Shown piece after piece: positions 39,645 through 52,859 of a DNA stretch of 64,000 nucleotides. Position 1 is the first letter of the stretch. Each line of letters starts with the position of its first letter. Both the position numbers and the translations under genes were made by a program. The notes under the pieces are model-generated. The model ran no database searches, had not been told where the DNA came from, and saw only the letters and a program-made list of their open reading frames with translations. The stretch spans positions 18,664,001 through 18,728,000 of the forward strand of contig CM052818.1 in the NCBI GenBank assembly GCA_028534125.1. Reading direction: 5' to 3'. The DNA is from Lama glama. Its lineage: Eukaryota.

Positions 39645-40657
39645 CTGAATGGCGAGGGAAAAAAGAGAAATCAAAACCACTCGAAAGCATTTTTAATTTA
39701 TGAAAAAAAAAATTTGGAAAAGCAATCTATTAAGACCCATTTGATCAATTAACATGAAGGTTAAGCCACAGGCTTAACAAGAGAACAAAGTTAAAAGACA
39801 TGGGGAAAAATTTTTCTTGGCCTTCAAAATACGTTCTGAATTTTTTTGCAAAAAATGAAAGAGTTTCCTTCTTTGCCAGGTATAAAATTGTCACCAAAAA
39901 ACCAGAAGGCTACATGGTCTTTCCAAATTCCCTCAGGTTTTCCAGAGCCTTTGGTGAGGTGGGGAAGGCAGTCTCTGGCACATTCCTGCCACCTCACATC
40001 TCAACCGCCCATAGCCCTCTGGGCAGGACCCTCCCTGGAAGAGGCAACCTCCACTCTTCTCATCTCCCAGGCTCTCTTTGGCCCTTTAAAATCTAATCCT
40101 GTGCTCCTAGCTAATCTGATAAACTAATCTGAGACTAGGAGGACGTGTGTGTGGCTGTGTTAATGAGTTACTTCTCCACTTATATCATGTTTATATTTAA
40201 TAAAGGCTTTCTGGAAACAAGGTTTTAAAACAAAGCAGTGATTAAGGAGGAATATTTTGCAGCCCTACCTTTCAGTTTACGTGACTTTTACCAAAGAGTG
40301 AAGAGAAGGAACACAGTCACAAGAACAGAACAAGCCCACAGCCCATGACAGGGCTTAACAGGGAGGAGAAGAAAAAGGAAGGAGCACGGGTAAGTAAGTA
40401 TTACTCAGAGAAGTGCTGACTACAAAGCTATTTACAATAAAAGAGTTACAAGTTACAAGTTCGAGAAACCAATACTACAACCATTTCTTGCCTGATATAA
40501 GTGAGATGTTACTTTAAAATGAGTTAAGAATAAAATTGTTAGAAAAACGCGTGTCTAGAGGTCAAATGCCAATACTTTAGAAAGAAAATGTTGACTCTGT
40601 GGTCCAAGAACTTTCAATGAAAAAACATACTAACACTGCTTAGTAGCATGAACTCAC

Positions 40658-40756
40658 CTGAAGTCTGCTAATGTTCTGAGTGGCTACTTTCATCTCTTCG
40701 GTCAGTGCCTCTTTGGACTTTTCAGCCAACGCCAGTCTTTTAGAGAGTGCTCGGCA
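40658..40756 (-). CDS. PPP1R21: PPP1R21 coding exon (99 nt): CRALSKRLALAEKSKEALTEEMKVATQNISRLQ
   Basis: aatag| acceptor, CAG|gtgagt donor; 33 codons; read manually. Confidence 0.95.
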
Positions 40757-41380
40757 CTATTAAGTCAGAAAACATTCCATTATCCCAGAGAGCATTTCCC
40801 AAAACCAAATTTACTTCAGGAAGGGTTATGAGAAAACAAACCTCGAAGCCTAAAGTACTTCCTCCCTCCCCCACCTCCACAAGTATCAGTTGACTATCTA
40901 CAGGCCATGTACCACATGCTGGAGTGCACATAAGAAAGATATGGTCCCCACTCACATCATTTTAATAAGGAAAAAAAAGTCTACTAACCCAAATTCATCA
41001 GTGTCTTTTCCTAGCTCTAGTCTGATGACTAAGGTTACAAAAAACGTTAAGAAGTTTTAACATTTACCCAAGATTCATTTACACCCACACTCAATGAGAA
41101 GGGATATGGTTACTTCAAAAGTTATCAATGGCCATGCAATATGAATCCTAAGATATTTTTCTTGTGTTTTAAGACCATATCACAGGACTAATAAAAGCTT
41201 TACAGCACTACTCCACAGATAAAAAAAAAAGTGGATGCTGGGCTTTAAAGATCCCAGTTGCTTTCTTTGGAGGCTCTACCAAACCTAGGCTGTCCAGGAC
41301 AGAGGAGATCAAGAAGGAAAAAGAAAAGTTCTGTTTCGTACTACATTCAAAGAGGGTGTGCCATTAAAAGGATCACTGGA

Positions 41381-41474
41381 GGGGGGAGGGTACAGCTCAG
41401 TGGTAGAGCATGTGCTTATTTAGCATGCACGAGGTCCTGGGTTTGATCCCCAGTACAACCATTTAAAAAAAAAT
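41381..41474 (+). mobile_element. tRNA-Ala-derived SINE (short form)
   Basis: Same head (gggagggtacagctcagtggtagagc...) followed by an A tail. Confidence 0.88.
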
Positions 41475-42906
41475 AAGCTCACTAAATTTTCTGATAAACC
41501 ATGAGACTGACAAGAGGATCTGTTGAGACACATTTGAAGGCTGTATCAATATCAGATGCTCAGACTAACCATTCCAGTAAAGTCATACAAAGGGCTACCA
41601 CTTCCTGTTTACACACAGAAAAACTAGTACAACTTAAAAATTCTTGCATCACAGTTGTGCTGAAAGAATTTACCAAGATAAGCAAATCTCTTAGAAATAA
41701 AACAACCTCAGTTATCCCCCATTACTCATTTCATTCCTCACAAGAGAATTTTAGGCAAGTTCAGCCAACCAAATCAACCACCCCTCTATTAACCATGTGT
41801 CTCTATACTCAGCACTGACCCCGAAAGAGAGGGAGAGAGCTGTGTAAAGCCTGGGTTCTCATGAGGATGACAGTCAGGTCTGGGACAGTAACTCAGATGA
41901 CAAGAACTGCAGCAGCTCTGTAGTCAGGCATCCAGCGTGCCGTCCTCTCCATTTTCTACAGCCCAACAGGAATCACTACTGGTCATCTTATCAGACAGGC
42001 ATGTAATGGCTGTTGTAAACAACACTTAGCTAGGCACATCATTTATTTTAGCAGGAAGCAGGAAAACAGAAGCAAAGCCCCTCTCCACTCCTAGCAACTG
42101 GCTTCCTATCAACCTCTCCGTCTCTATAGTATAGGAGAAAATCACAGTCAGGTCCCAATAAAGGGCGTTGATTTTTCTTTGTCAATTTCCTTAACAATGT
42201 GAAGCATCATAATTCTCCATCTGCCATCTATAACTGATCTTTTAATAAAAAGTTTCAAATCAGAGACCTGGTAGATATCTTATATACTGAATGACATCTA
42301 TACTATCTTATCATTCGTTCCTTCTCTGGTATATATAATTTCTTCCTTCATTTTCTCCCCTTCTAATCAATGAACTATGTATAATCTTATTACCTTGCAC
42401 AGTGTTTTTCTAATTCTCTTAAGAAAATGAATTATTTGGTGAGGGAAGAAGAAAATGTAACAAAAAGTAAGATTTTATGTCTTTTAAAGGTTAAAAGAGG
42501 TTACATTTTTTATTTTATCATTTATAGAAACTCGTTTCCACAAGCTATCATTTAGAAACTGGAGAGTATTAAAAAAAAAAGGCATATTTTGCTTTTAATT
42601 TTCTTAAATAAAAATTCCTTGACCTATGAACATTACCTGCTTATAACTCTCTAAAACAAGGAATCCATAATAATAATGTTCCAAAACATGTTATATAACC
42701 ATAAGAAAGGCTATCTGTTATATTTCTTGCAATAAAGATTTTTGGTTGATATATGGGCCAATCAAAATGAACTCTAACTAAATCTATATTGTGGACACAC
42801 AGACACTGACTTCTCTCTTCTGATGAACAGCAGGAGGCCAGGACAGTGACCTAATTCCTGAAGGGGTTAGGAAAAAACCATCTAATCTAATTAACTCTCC
42901 ACTCAC

Positions 42907-43023
42907 CTCAGCATAAAAATGCACTGACTTACTGTCAGCCAGCTGCAGCTGAGACGTCAACTCCACGATCCTTGCCATGTAGTGATTTTTAATTAAGTCT
43001 TCACGAGATTCCACATCTGGAAC
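42907..43023 (-). CDS. PPP1R21: PPP1R21 coding exon (117 nt): VPDVESREDLIKNHYMARIVELTSQLQLADSKSVHFYAE
   Basis: Overlaps ORF 42784..43014; atttag| acceptor, GAG|gtgagt donor. Confidence 0.96.
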
Positions 43024-43370
43024 CTAAATAGAGCACACATAATTCAATAAAGGCCAGGGAGATGAAACAGCTCTAGGAAAAAAAAAAAAAAGCATCACTT
43101 TAGCAAAAAAAAGCAGACATTTTGCACATTTTCATTTGAAATGTGATAGGGAATTATAGTTTTTCCACCTGTCAAACTTCAGACAGAGCAGGTAAATATA
43201 TATTGCAAATTTCTTTTATTCAGCATCCTGCCTATCTCACAATGAAGCTGAGGCTTCAACACAACAAAGCAGAAGTGAAGTATTAGGAGGCCCACCATAC
43301 GTGGAGCCATGTCCCACCATCTGGTTTTCACTAGCCACAAGCCTAACTTTCAAAATCTCCATCCATTCGA

Positions 43371-43767
43371 TGGACCTGAAGACCGTCATTCAAAGTGAAG
43401 TGGGCCAGAAAGAGAAAGAAAAATGCCATATGACATCATTTATATGAAGAATCTAAAAAATAATAATAATAAGGACACAAATGAACTAATTATTTTGATT
43501 TCTTGAATATATATAAGCACATTGGACTGTCTTTTACGACTGGATTACCACTTTCTGTTGATTCTTATTTTGTAGTTGGCTTTATTCCTTTGATAACTAT
43601 GGAAGTTTAAAAAGCTAAAGATGTAATCTGTTCTTAGAAACAATAATTAGTACATATATGAAGACTAAAACAATGTGCGGTATACTGTATATATGCATTT
43701 ATATGCAACATAATGTGTGTGTGCAGTCAAACTATAATAATTCTACATAATAAAATTGGGGGAAAAA
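43371..43767 (+). mobile_element. TSD-flanked retro-insertion: L1 ORF2-end fragment joined to about 270 nt of unrecognised polyadenylated sequence
   Basis: 19-bp TSD aaaatctccatccattcga (43352-70 / 43768-86); AATAAA at 43749-54 then an A run. Confidence 0.8.
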
Positions 43768-43921
43768 AAAATCTCCATCCATTCGACTACTATGTCCTCC
43801 TCTAACTGGAAGAGAACAGGGGGAAGGGGAGCATCTACTGGAACTCCTGAAAAAAAGGAACATTGTTTTTACCCCTAAATTATCTTATGATAGCAATGCT
43901 TTTAAACATACTAACAAATTA

Positions 43922-44061
43922 GGGAGGAGGGTATAGCTCATTGGTAGAGTGTGTGCTTAGTGTCAACAAGGTCATGGTTTCGATCCTCAGTACCCCCATT
44001 AAAATAAATAAATAAATAATCTAATTACCTCCTCCCAAAAATAAAAAAAAATAAAAAGGCC
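43922..44061 (+). mobile_element. tRNA-Ala-derived SINE
   Basis: Same head and tail; 19-bp TSD taaacatactaacaaatta (43903-21 / 44062-80). Confidence 0.9.
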
Positions 44062-44746
44062 TAAACATACTAACAAATTAAACTGTTCCTACAATGAACA
44101 ATTTACAGTCCTTGTCCCAGACTAGTTTTCTACTAGTTACTCTAGCAGTGACACACTATGGGTTTTAAATATATGCAGAAGTTCAAGATTACCTTAAGTA
44201 TAAGGCCAATAAGGAAATCAAAGAATTTACAGACCTACTTGAACTATATTTACTAGCTTGTCATACTGAGGGGTAAGGTGAATGAATTCAGTGTTCTTTT
44301 AATGGTTATTTATAAATTTACATCTTATTTCAAAATTAAAATGTGTAAACCTGACAAGCCAAATCTGATCTGGGTTCACTCACCTGAGGGGCTGAAAAGA
44401 ACTACCAAGCCCACTGACGGTCAAGGCCCTGAAAAGCCCTACCTTCCCATCCTGCCTACTGGGAGGGTGAGGTTCTCAGCCTCGTGCCACATGCCAGCGA
44501 GCTGGTGGCCAGGCTCGTGCCCCACCTTGTCAAACTGCCAAGACAAGTCATTTAAGGAGGCAATTACAGAAACAGGCTATAATTTGTTGGTGACAGTTAA
44601 AACTGACCCAGAGAGAAAAGTAACATGGATCCACATTTGCTAGAATCGTCAGAGAACACAATTGGACAAAGCTGACTTTTACAGCTTTTACAACAAACGT
44701 GGCCAGATATTTACTAACAAACAACATGATGTTAAGCACAAATTAC

Positions 44747-44779
44747 CTCGCTGTCAGATGTCCTGGTTAAAATCCCAAT
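44747..44779 (-). CDS. PPP1R21: PPP1R21 33-nt coding microexon: IGILTRTSDSE
   Basis: Pyrimidine tract plus gttctag| acceptor, GAG|gtaatt donor; matches remembered human IGTLTRTSDSE. Confidence 0.9.
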
Positions 44780-47700
44780 CTAGAACACAAGAGAGAAAAA
44801 CCTTTAGACTTTCACACTTCCAACACAATAGTTTAAATACTTGTAATATTTTCTCTTCTCGGTTCATACTGTTTTGAAGTGCATTAGCAGTGGAGTTCTA
44901 GAAGATCACCCTCAAATCAATCCTCCGTCCCTGCAAAAAAGCTGGACCTGCGGATAAGTAATCACACTCTCGATTTCTGCCATGAGGCAGTGATGGATAA
45001 TGACTACCACCACTATTTCCGCTATCAAAATGCTATTAGCCATTTTCACTGAAAACCAACAAATTGTCTGGGAAGAGGGAGAGGAAGAACAGTTCTTAAC
45101 TCCTCTTGTCATTTCTACACTCACTTCCAAAGCAGCAGCCAAGAAGATGTAAAAACAGTTTCATGATGACCGTAATAACTAAATATTCAAAACACAAAAC
45201 ACAAATAGTAAACTCTCCGGCTGAAAGGTCAAAGGAGAAAGAAGAAATACATTTTTGATATGTTACTATGACACTAATAAGAATTAATTTCAGACTTAAA
45301 TTAATGAAAAAGAAAATGTAATTATAAACACATTAAAGTGTTACCAGGTTTTTAAAAACTTGCTTCAGTGGATTAACAATTCAAAACATCTTGATTGTGG
45401 TGGTGGTTTCAGAGGTGGATACCTCTATCAAAATTCATTAAATTGTATATCTGAAATATGTATAGTTTACTGTACAGGAATTATACACTACGATAAAGGT
45501 GTTTTTAAAAAAAAAAAGAATTCAAAAACAGATAGCCATGGTTCCTGAATTCAGGTTACTGTTGAAAGAGGAAGGGCATGTGCCTGGGCTCAATAATTTA
45601 AGGAAACTATTGGAAACTCAGTTCTATAGATTCTGTTAATCAGAGGTAACATCCAATGAATAGTTTTCACAGATTCTAAATAATACCTTTAAGAGTACTG
45701 CTTTGAACTGTGAGCAGTATATGAACGTTATGCCCACTTTGCTGTAAAAGGATCTTTCGTAAGTCCCTTTTTTATAGAAGAGCTGTAATTTTCTACACAT
45801 TGAAGTAGGAATAGCAATTAGTCTTTCAGTTAAAAACTGTTTATAGTAACGCACTCATCATTTGAATTTTATACATTCAAATATGGCTACATTTGGCAAA
45901 GTAAGCCACAAGTATGCATCTGTTCTGCCTCGCCACCCTGTCTCTTTACTCCTGGGATATGGTTTGAAAATGTGGTACAGCACACAGTCCCACAAAGGAA
46001 TGGAAGAATATAAATGGAAGGAAGAGCTATAACATTAATCATTTCAACATTTTCTCATATGCCAGTAAGAGTATAAACTAATATAGCCCTTTTAGAAAAT
46101 AATTTGGCAATAAAGATCAAGGAATTTGCAAACATTCATGCTTTTTGACCCAGTTACTCTAACCCTGAGAATACATCCCAAAGAAAACATCTGAGATATA
46201 TAAAGACTCTTACGCATAAAAATGAGATGTTATTTATAATAAAAAAAATTATAAACAATGTCCAATCGTAAGTAAACTAAAGAGTACTATGGAATCAATA
46301 ACTAAGTTTACATAGTTCCTAATAACAGGATGTATGTTTTTATATTAACATTATACTAAAAGATTTGAAATTTTATATAGTATAATGTCAACCAAGTACG
46401 ACATTTTGTAAAAAAAAAATGTTAATGTTTGTTGGGTATTCAGGAAAATATCAATTTTTTTCTTCTTTTACTCTTCGGTATTTTTTAATTATCTACAATG
46501 TACATGTATTATTTTTATATTTAAAATATGTATTTACAAATTCTATGAATTTAAGCAATGCTTTAATTTCAGCAAAAAAAGTGGAAACTTGTATTTCTCT
46601 CTGCTTTTTCTTAAGGTTACAGCTATTCTTTTATTATAATAAATAACAGGTGGCTAAATGTTCAAATTACAGTACGAGGAATTTCAATGAAAAATAATAA
46701 GCCATTTAACTTTGGAAGTGCTGTAGGGAGAGAAATAACAAGTTTCTATCTGATGTAACTTTTTCAGTCCCAAAGTGCCTGAACCAAAGGAATCTTCCGG
46801 GGACTTGCAAGGTGAGTTCCTCTGTTAAACAATTAACTTTAAAGTGGGCACAGACTTACTCCAACTCCCAAGAGGAAGACAACAGAAAGGACACACACAG
46901 AGCCACACACTTAGCTCACTTAAGCTCACTTGGGGCAGGGTGGGAGGTTTGGGGGAAGAGGCGATAAAAAGAAAGGCTGAAAAGAAAAACATCAGAGAAG
47001 GCAGAAAACGCCACCTTTTTTCATCTCTATTGTCTCCAGGTTATTTTTGGCAGGAACCTGCCACGTGCAGAAGGGAAGGAGAGTTATGTGGGGAGACCAT
47101 TCTCTCAGCCTGAAATATACTCTTTTTCTGCCTAGGGCTCCTGTTCACTTATGAAACGCACCAATGTTACCCCTTCTGTGATGAACTCCCTGAATCCTCC
47201 AGGCGCCTTTTTACACTGTGAAACATGAAAGGGGGCCAACCATGTCCTGGTTCTCTGATCCTGACCATTAAAGACAATGCCCCAAACTAGTATTCATGGA
47301 AAATGTGGCACCTCAATGGTACCTTAAATGATAGTAAGAGTTTTGAATTCAATAAGACAAAGAGAAGGAGAGAGGAGTTAGAAGGCAAAAGTATTTGAGT
47401 ATGCAGGTGATGGGAGTGATGGATAGACATCCAGACAAAAGATAACAGCTTGAACAAAGACAGGGAAGCAAAAATGCAAAAAAAAAAAATTATCTGGAAA
47501 CTGAGCTCAGTTTGGGTTTGTACAAGGAAATGTAGAAAAAAGGTAGCTTGGAGTAGGTGTTCACAGACCTTGAATGTCAAACTAATGAGTGGATTATATA
47601 ATATAGATAGTAGGGAGCCACTGAAGTCTTGAAGCAAGAGAGTGCCTCATCAAAAATATACTCTAGGAAAATTACTCTGCTAGCATCTTATGAGGGTAGG

Positions 47701-48059
47701 AGGAAAGAGATCCTTAAGAGATGCAGACAGAAATAGCAGAAATCAAGGCTATGTAGCACATGCTAACCAGACAGACTACTTAAAGTAATAGCAACTTCCA
47801 AACTCACCAAATCCAAATAAAGTCATCGTCACTCATTACTAAAGATTTCCCATGTCCCTGGAATCTTTCTCACTTACGTATGGAAGAATAGTGCTCTACA
47901 CTGAAAATATTCAAATAAAAAGACAGTCCTCAACATTCAGCAACTGAGATTAATGACTCAAATACACTAGTGTTACCAACTTTCAGTACTTCAGAAAGGC
48001 AAGCTGTAAACAAGTAAGTCTGTCAGTTGATTTGTTTTTTGACATCTGTCAGAGCACAA

Positions 48060-48300
48060 GACTACGTTGGTTAAAAGGACAGAGGGTGGACCTAGATGTC
48101 CTGGGTCTGAATCCTAGTTCCATCACTTATCAAGTACGTGACTTTAGGTGAGTTATTCTACCTCTCTGTCCCTACGTTTCCTCATCTATAAAATGAAAAT
48201 GTGATAGTACCTACAATCCCACAGGATCTGTGTGAGGACTGACTGAGTTGACACACTGAAAAGTCCTTAGGACCATGCCTGGCACATGACCATTGCAATT
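48060..48300 (+). mobile_element. MIR SINE
   Basis: ctgggtctgaatcctagttcc...gtgactttagg...tttcctcatctataaaatg...gcctggcacat. Confidence 0.8.
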
Positions 48301-49925
48301 ACTGTCATTGTCATCAATGCCCTCTCTGGTCTGGTCCCACAGTTAGTCCCTGGCCAGCAACCAACCACTGCTAGTGCAAGTGAGAGAAAAAGGAAGAAGC
48401 AGAGGCAGGGCAGCAGGAAGAGACGATGAGATAATGAAGAAATCAAACCCAGTGGAGAACAGCCCAACCTAATCAGCGAGCAGGCTCTGAAGGAAGTCCA
48501 AGGATGAACGGTGGCAGTGCTGCACTTCCCCAAAGGGTACCTGAGCAGATGTCAGAATTCTCCTCTGTTTGTTAAATGCTCTTCTAGGTAGTCATCCTTC
48601 CCTGTCAGAGGCAATGTGCAACACTTGTGGCCGGGACTCAGACTTGCCACTGGGGGTCACACAGGATCATCCAGTGAGCATGGTGGCCATTCAAGTCACA
48701 GCTCTGAGAAGTTTGCTTTGTTTTTCCCTTTTCTAAAAATTTTAACTCTCTTTCCTCCCCTACATTTTATTATGAAAATGTTCAAACACACAAAAAAGTT
48801 GGGGAAAAAATTATAATGAACATCTGTGTATCCATCATCCACATATGATAATAAATGACTTGCTGTATTTGCTTTATTTATCTGTTGTGTGTATATATTT
48901 TCTGAACAATCTCAAAGTTGCAGACATTATGATACCTTAACCTAGGTACTCTGGCATTTATCTCCAAAAAATAAAGATATTCTCCTGAATATTCATAATA
49001 TCATTATCACACCTAGGAAAACTAACACTAATTCAGGTTACTGACACTGTTAAGGTACAGTGAGGTCTGTATACATCCTGAATATAAAAGCTCATTTGTG
49101 TGTTTACTATCAGGTATGCTCTGGATCAGACACAAGGTAGATGTGAGAATGACTGTGACTTGCTCTTCAACAGTATCAGTGAGCTACAGGGCTAATACAT
49201 GCCTTAGGACAGGGCCTTCATGAAGTACCATGGTTCTCCTCAGGCTCCTCAAATGCTTACAAAAATACACCTAGTGAGATCCTTCCAATTTTGAGGGTTT
49301 TTTCCCTTCCCTTCCTGATTTCTCATTTTTGTTTTTTTTTTTGTTTTTTTTTTACAGTGAGTAGAGAACATTCTAATCAGAAAACTTTTCTTAATGTAAC
49401 TTTGAATTCTGTAAGTCCAATAAAGATGTTTCTTCACCTTCGAAATCAATGCAGCTAAATATAAGGCAAGAAATATAAAGCTGCAAGATAACTTGCCAGT
49501 TTAGTGTCTTCTAAAATATAACTAACTATATGTGTATCATAAAGTTTTATACTATCTAGGAATATACCATACAATTGGTTTAAAATGCTATTTGTGGTCA
49601 TTTCTATAAAAAGTTAGGCATTTAGCCCTTGGTCAGAAACATAACCTCCATATTACAAATGTTTTGATGGAAAAACAGAATTATCTTAAATTTAATTTAC
49701 TATTATTTTCTCTAGGAACACAGCCCTCACCATGGGGAAATCTCATGTAAAATCAAAGGGAATCAAATGGAGTTGCTTTTTGAAGGGAGCATCCTGCTTA
49801 CCAACCTGCTTTTTCTAGAGCACATGGATTATTCCTGCTATAAACTGATGTGTGATTTAGACGGTTAACACTGAACACGTAGCTGGATCCCTATCAATTA
49901 GCATTAACAAAAGAAAGACACTTAC

Positions 49926-50168
49926 CAGACTGGTGCTGTGAATGGGCTCCTGCCCAGCCTTAGCTGAGGCGTCTTCCTGGCCCATAGCAGTCACCACGGT
50001 GGCACTTTCCTGGGCCAGCCCAACCATCTGCCCATTACTTGTACTCTTCAGTTTATCTGCAATTCGCTGGTTTTCTTTCTCCAGCTTGATTTTAGCTAAC
50101 TGAGCTTCCAACATCCAATGTTCTTTTTCCTGCTCCAATTTAGAAATCTTCTCCAAACTCTGCTGAAC
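49926..50168 (-). CDS. PPP1R21: PPP1R21 coding exon (243 nt): VQQSLEKISKLEQEKEHWMLEAQLAKIKLEKENQRIADKLK...EPIHSTSL (coiled-coil-like plus linker)
   Basis: Within ORF 49857..50213; tttcaag| acceptor, CTG|gtaagt donor; 81 codons. Confidence 0.96.
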
Positions 50169-50299
50169 CTTGAAAGCAACAGAGTTCTGCACCTTAGAGG
50201 ATGTTGCAGGCAAAACTTAGCAGCTCAGAAGAGAAAAAAAAATTATAGAATGTAAACCAAAACTACTTCACAGTTGTAAAAATAAAAAAGTTTGATCCT

Positions 50300-51325
50300 T
50301 GAATAGGGAGAGTTTATTATTAAACAGGATACAAAAAGCACAACCATAAATTGAGAAACTGAACAAAATAAAAAAATCTCTAGTCATCAATAGGTATCAT
50401 AAAGAGATTGAAAAGGAAAACCACAAAGTGGACAAAGCAGCATGTATCCAACAGAGGACTAATATCCAGAACACAAAAACAACTTCTATAATCAATGATA
50501 AAAAGATAGGTAACCCAATAGAGAAACAGGAAAAGAGACTGGACTAGGCACTTGAACAAGACTATCAACATAAAAAAGAAGGGACTCGATGTCACTATTT
50601 ATCAAGGAGAAGCAATTCAAAACCACCAAAATGGCTAAAACAGAAAATACAAAGATGGGCATGTTTGTGGAGCAACTGGAACTACCATTTAGTGCTGGGA
50701 GGAGTGGAATTTGGGACACTTTGTAAACGGTTTGGCAGGATCTTTAAAAGCTGAAAATGTCATATCCTATGACCTAGCAGTTCCACTTCTAAGTATATGC
50801 CTAACAGAAATGCATGCATATTTATCAAAAGATAAGTATAAGAACACCCACAGCAGCCCTATGATAGACAAACACTTGAAACTACCCAAATACTCATAAT
50901 AAGCAGTAAAAATGGATAACTGAGTTATGTATATTCACACAACAGAATACTCAACAACAATGAAAATGGACCACTTACAACTACATATAACATGGATGAA
51001 CATTACAAATATAATGCTGAACAAAAGAAGTGAGATCTGAAAGAGATGCTGCATAATTCTCACTTAATATAAAGTTCAGTATCAGACAAAAAAACAAAGA
51101 ACACAGGATAATGGTTATCTCTGGGGGAAGAGGAGAGTAGTAACTAGAAGGCTTCTGGGGTCCTGATCATTTTTTTTTAAGGTACATCTTACAAAACAAA
51201 ACGTCCTTTTAAAAAATTTTTTATCTAGCTACTGGTTACATTAGTGTATTTACTTGTGAAAATTCATTGGGATATATTAATAATTTATATACTTTTCTTT
51301 TGTATACTTCAATAAGAAGTTTCAA
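50300..51325 (+). mobile_element. Old L1 3' portion (antisense to PPP1R21)
   Basis: ccctatgacctagcagttccactt-like, catggatgaa and cttcaataa L1M 3' motifs. Confidence 0.75.
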
Positions 51326-52543
51326 AAAAAACTAATTCACCAAGCAAATGAAAGCATGAGAATTAAATGAAAATAAAAGCAGCCTTAGCATGAATTCCAA
51401 ATGCTTTACCAACTATCATGGTTGAGCAATTACCATGTACCAGACACTGTTCACAATTTCCTCCCATTATCCCACTGAAGCCTCCTAACAATACTACAAC
51501 TCTCATTTCTCAAAGAGGAGAACTGAAGTCCCAGCAGCTCAAACCACCTGCTGAGCTAACAAATGGCAGAGCCAGGATTTGGGACCTCATGTGTCTCGTT
51601 CATCAGTCTGATGATGCTTCCCACCACATCATACTGCCTCCTCCCATTGGCTGAATTAATCCCTGCAAGACCCTCACTTTAGACAGGCAGGATGTGAGAC
51701 CCCCGAGTGCTTTCAGACCAGCCTGCAGCTGGTCAATGGCAGAGTGGGAAAAGCCACAGCTCTGAAGTCAGACCGTTCCACCACTGACTAGCTACTTTGG
51801 ATAAAAGCTGCTTAATTTCTTTGAGCCTTACTTTCCTCACATAAAATAAGAAGGTGGTCTACATTTCACTGTTAGTCTGTTTTTCAGGAATTATGTGGAT
51901 TAAATTTTTAGTTTCAACGTCTTCTTGAATTAATGCTGAAAAGGTAAGTGATGTGTCCAATGAAAATAAGGTCAGCATAGGCAAAATATTGTCTCTGATG
52001 AACCTGTGCTTCCCTTAAAACAAGTATTTCCAAAATCAAAAGCAAAGCAGGTGTTAAAGTGAATAAACCTCTGGCAAAAACTAAACTGGCGTCAGTCTGC
52101 ACCAACTTCTGAAAAAGACAGTACCACCTACTTCCACCAAACCCCCAAATTCAACTGACCAACTAAATACTGGAAATTTCTTATTCCTGCTCATTTAAGA
52201 AATAAAAATAACTCACCTAATCTCTAGCCTTCCCCTTTTTTTGCCTTATTATTTCAGCCATTTAAATCTATTTATTAGAAATAAATAATCAGCATGGCCA
52301 AAGTGTGCTGATATTACTTCAGTGGCAATTACAACACCAACTGAATTAAGACGACTTATTTAGAGTATCAAGATACGTTTTCAATAAATAATGCTTATGG
52401 TGTTTTTTTAGCATGTTAGTTAATTAATTTTGCATGTTTACTTATATAGTCTTTTAAACCACTCTATGTATATTAAAGACCTTCTACAGGGGATTTAACA
52501 TTTATGCCCTTTAACAAATACCAAGATTTTCCAGGTGCCATAC

Positions 52544-52636
52544 CTGTTGTGCAAGGCCTTCTCGACTTTCAGTAGAGCTGAGAAGGACCCGGCGGTTTGC
52601 CAGTGCTTCTTCATAAGGCACAGATTCCAAGAGGGG
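52544..52636 (-). CDS. PPP1R21: PPP1R21 coding exon (93 nt): PLLESVPYEEALANRRVLLSSTESREGLAQQ
   Basis: ttttccacag| acceptor, CAG|gtatgg donor; 31 codons; read manually. Confidence 0.95.
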
Positions 52637-52859
52637 CTGTGGAAAAAGCATCACAAGGATTAAAGAAAAAGAGCACATCATTCCCATGATCTTACACGTA
52701 GGAATGCTACATGATGTCTGATGATAAGTTCAGATATACACCAATATAGGCTGTTTCCTTTAATGGATGTGAAAAGAAAAAGGAAAGAAAAAGAATGAAG
52801 GGGAACTTATCATAACAGTCTATAAGCTACACTATCTAAAACCACAGGATTTGCACCAA

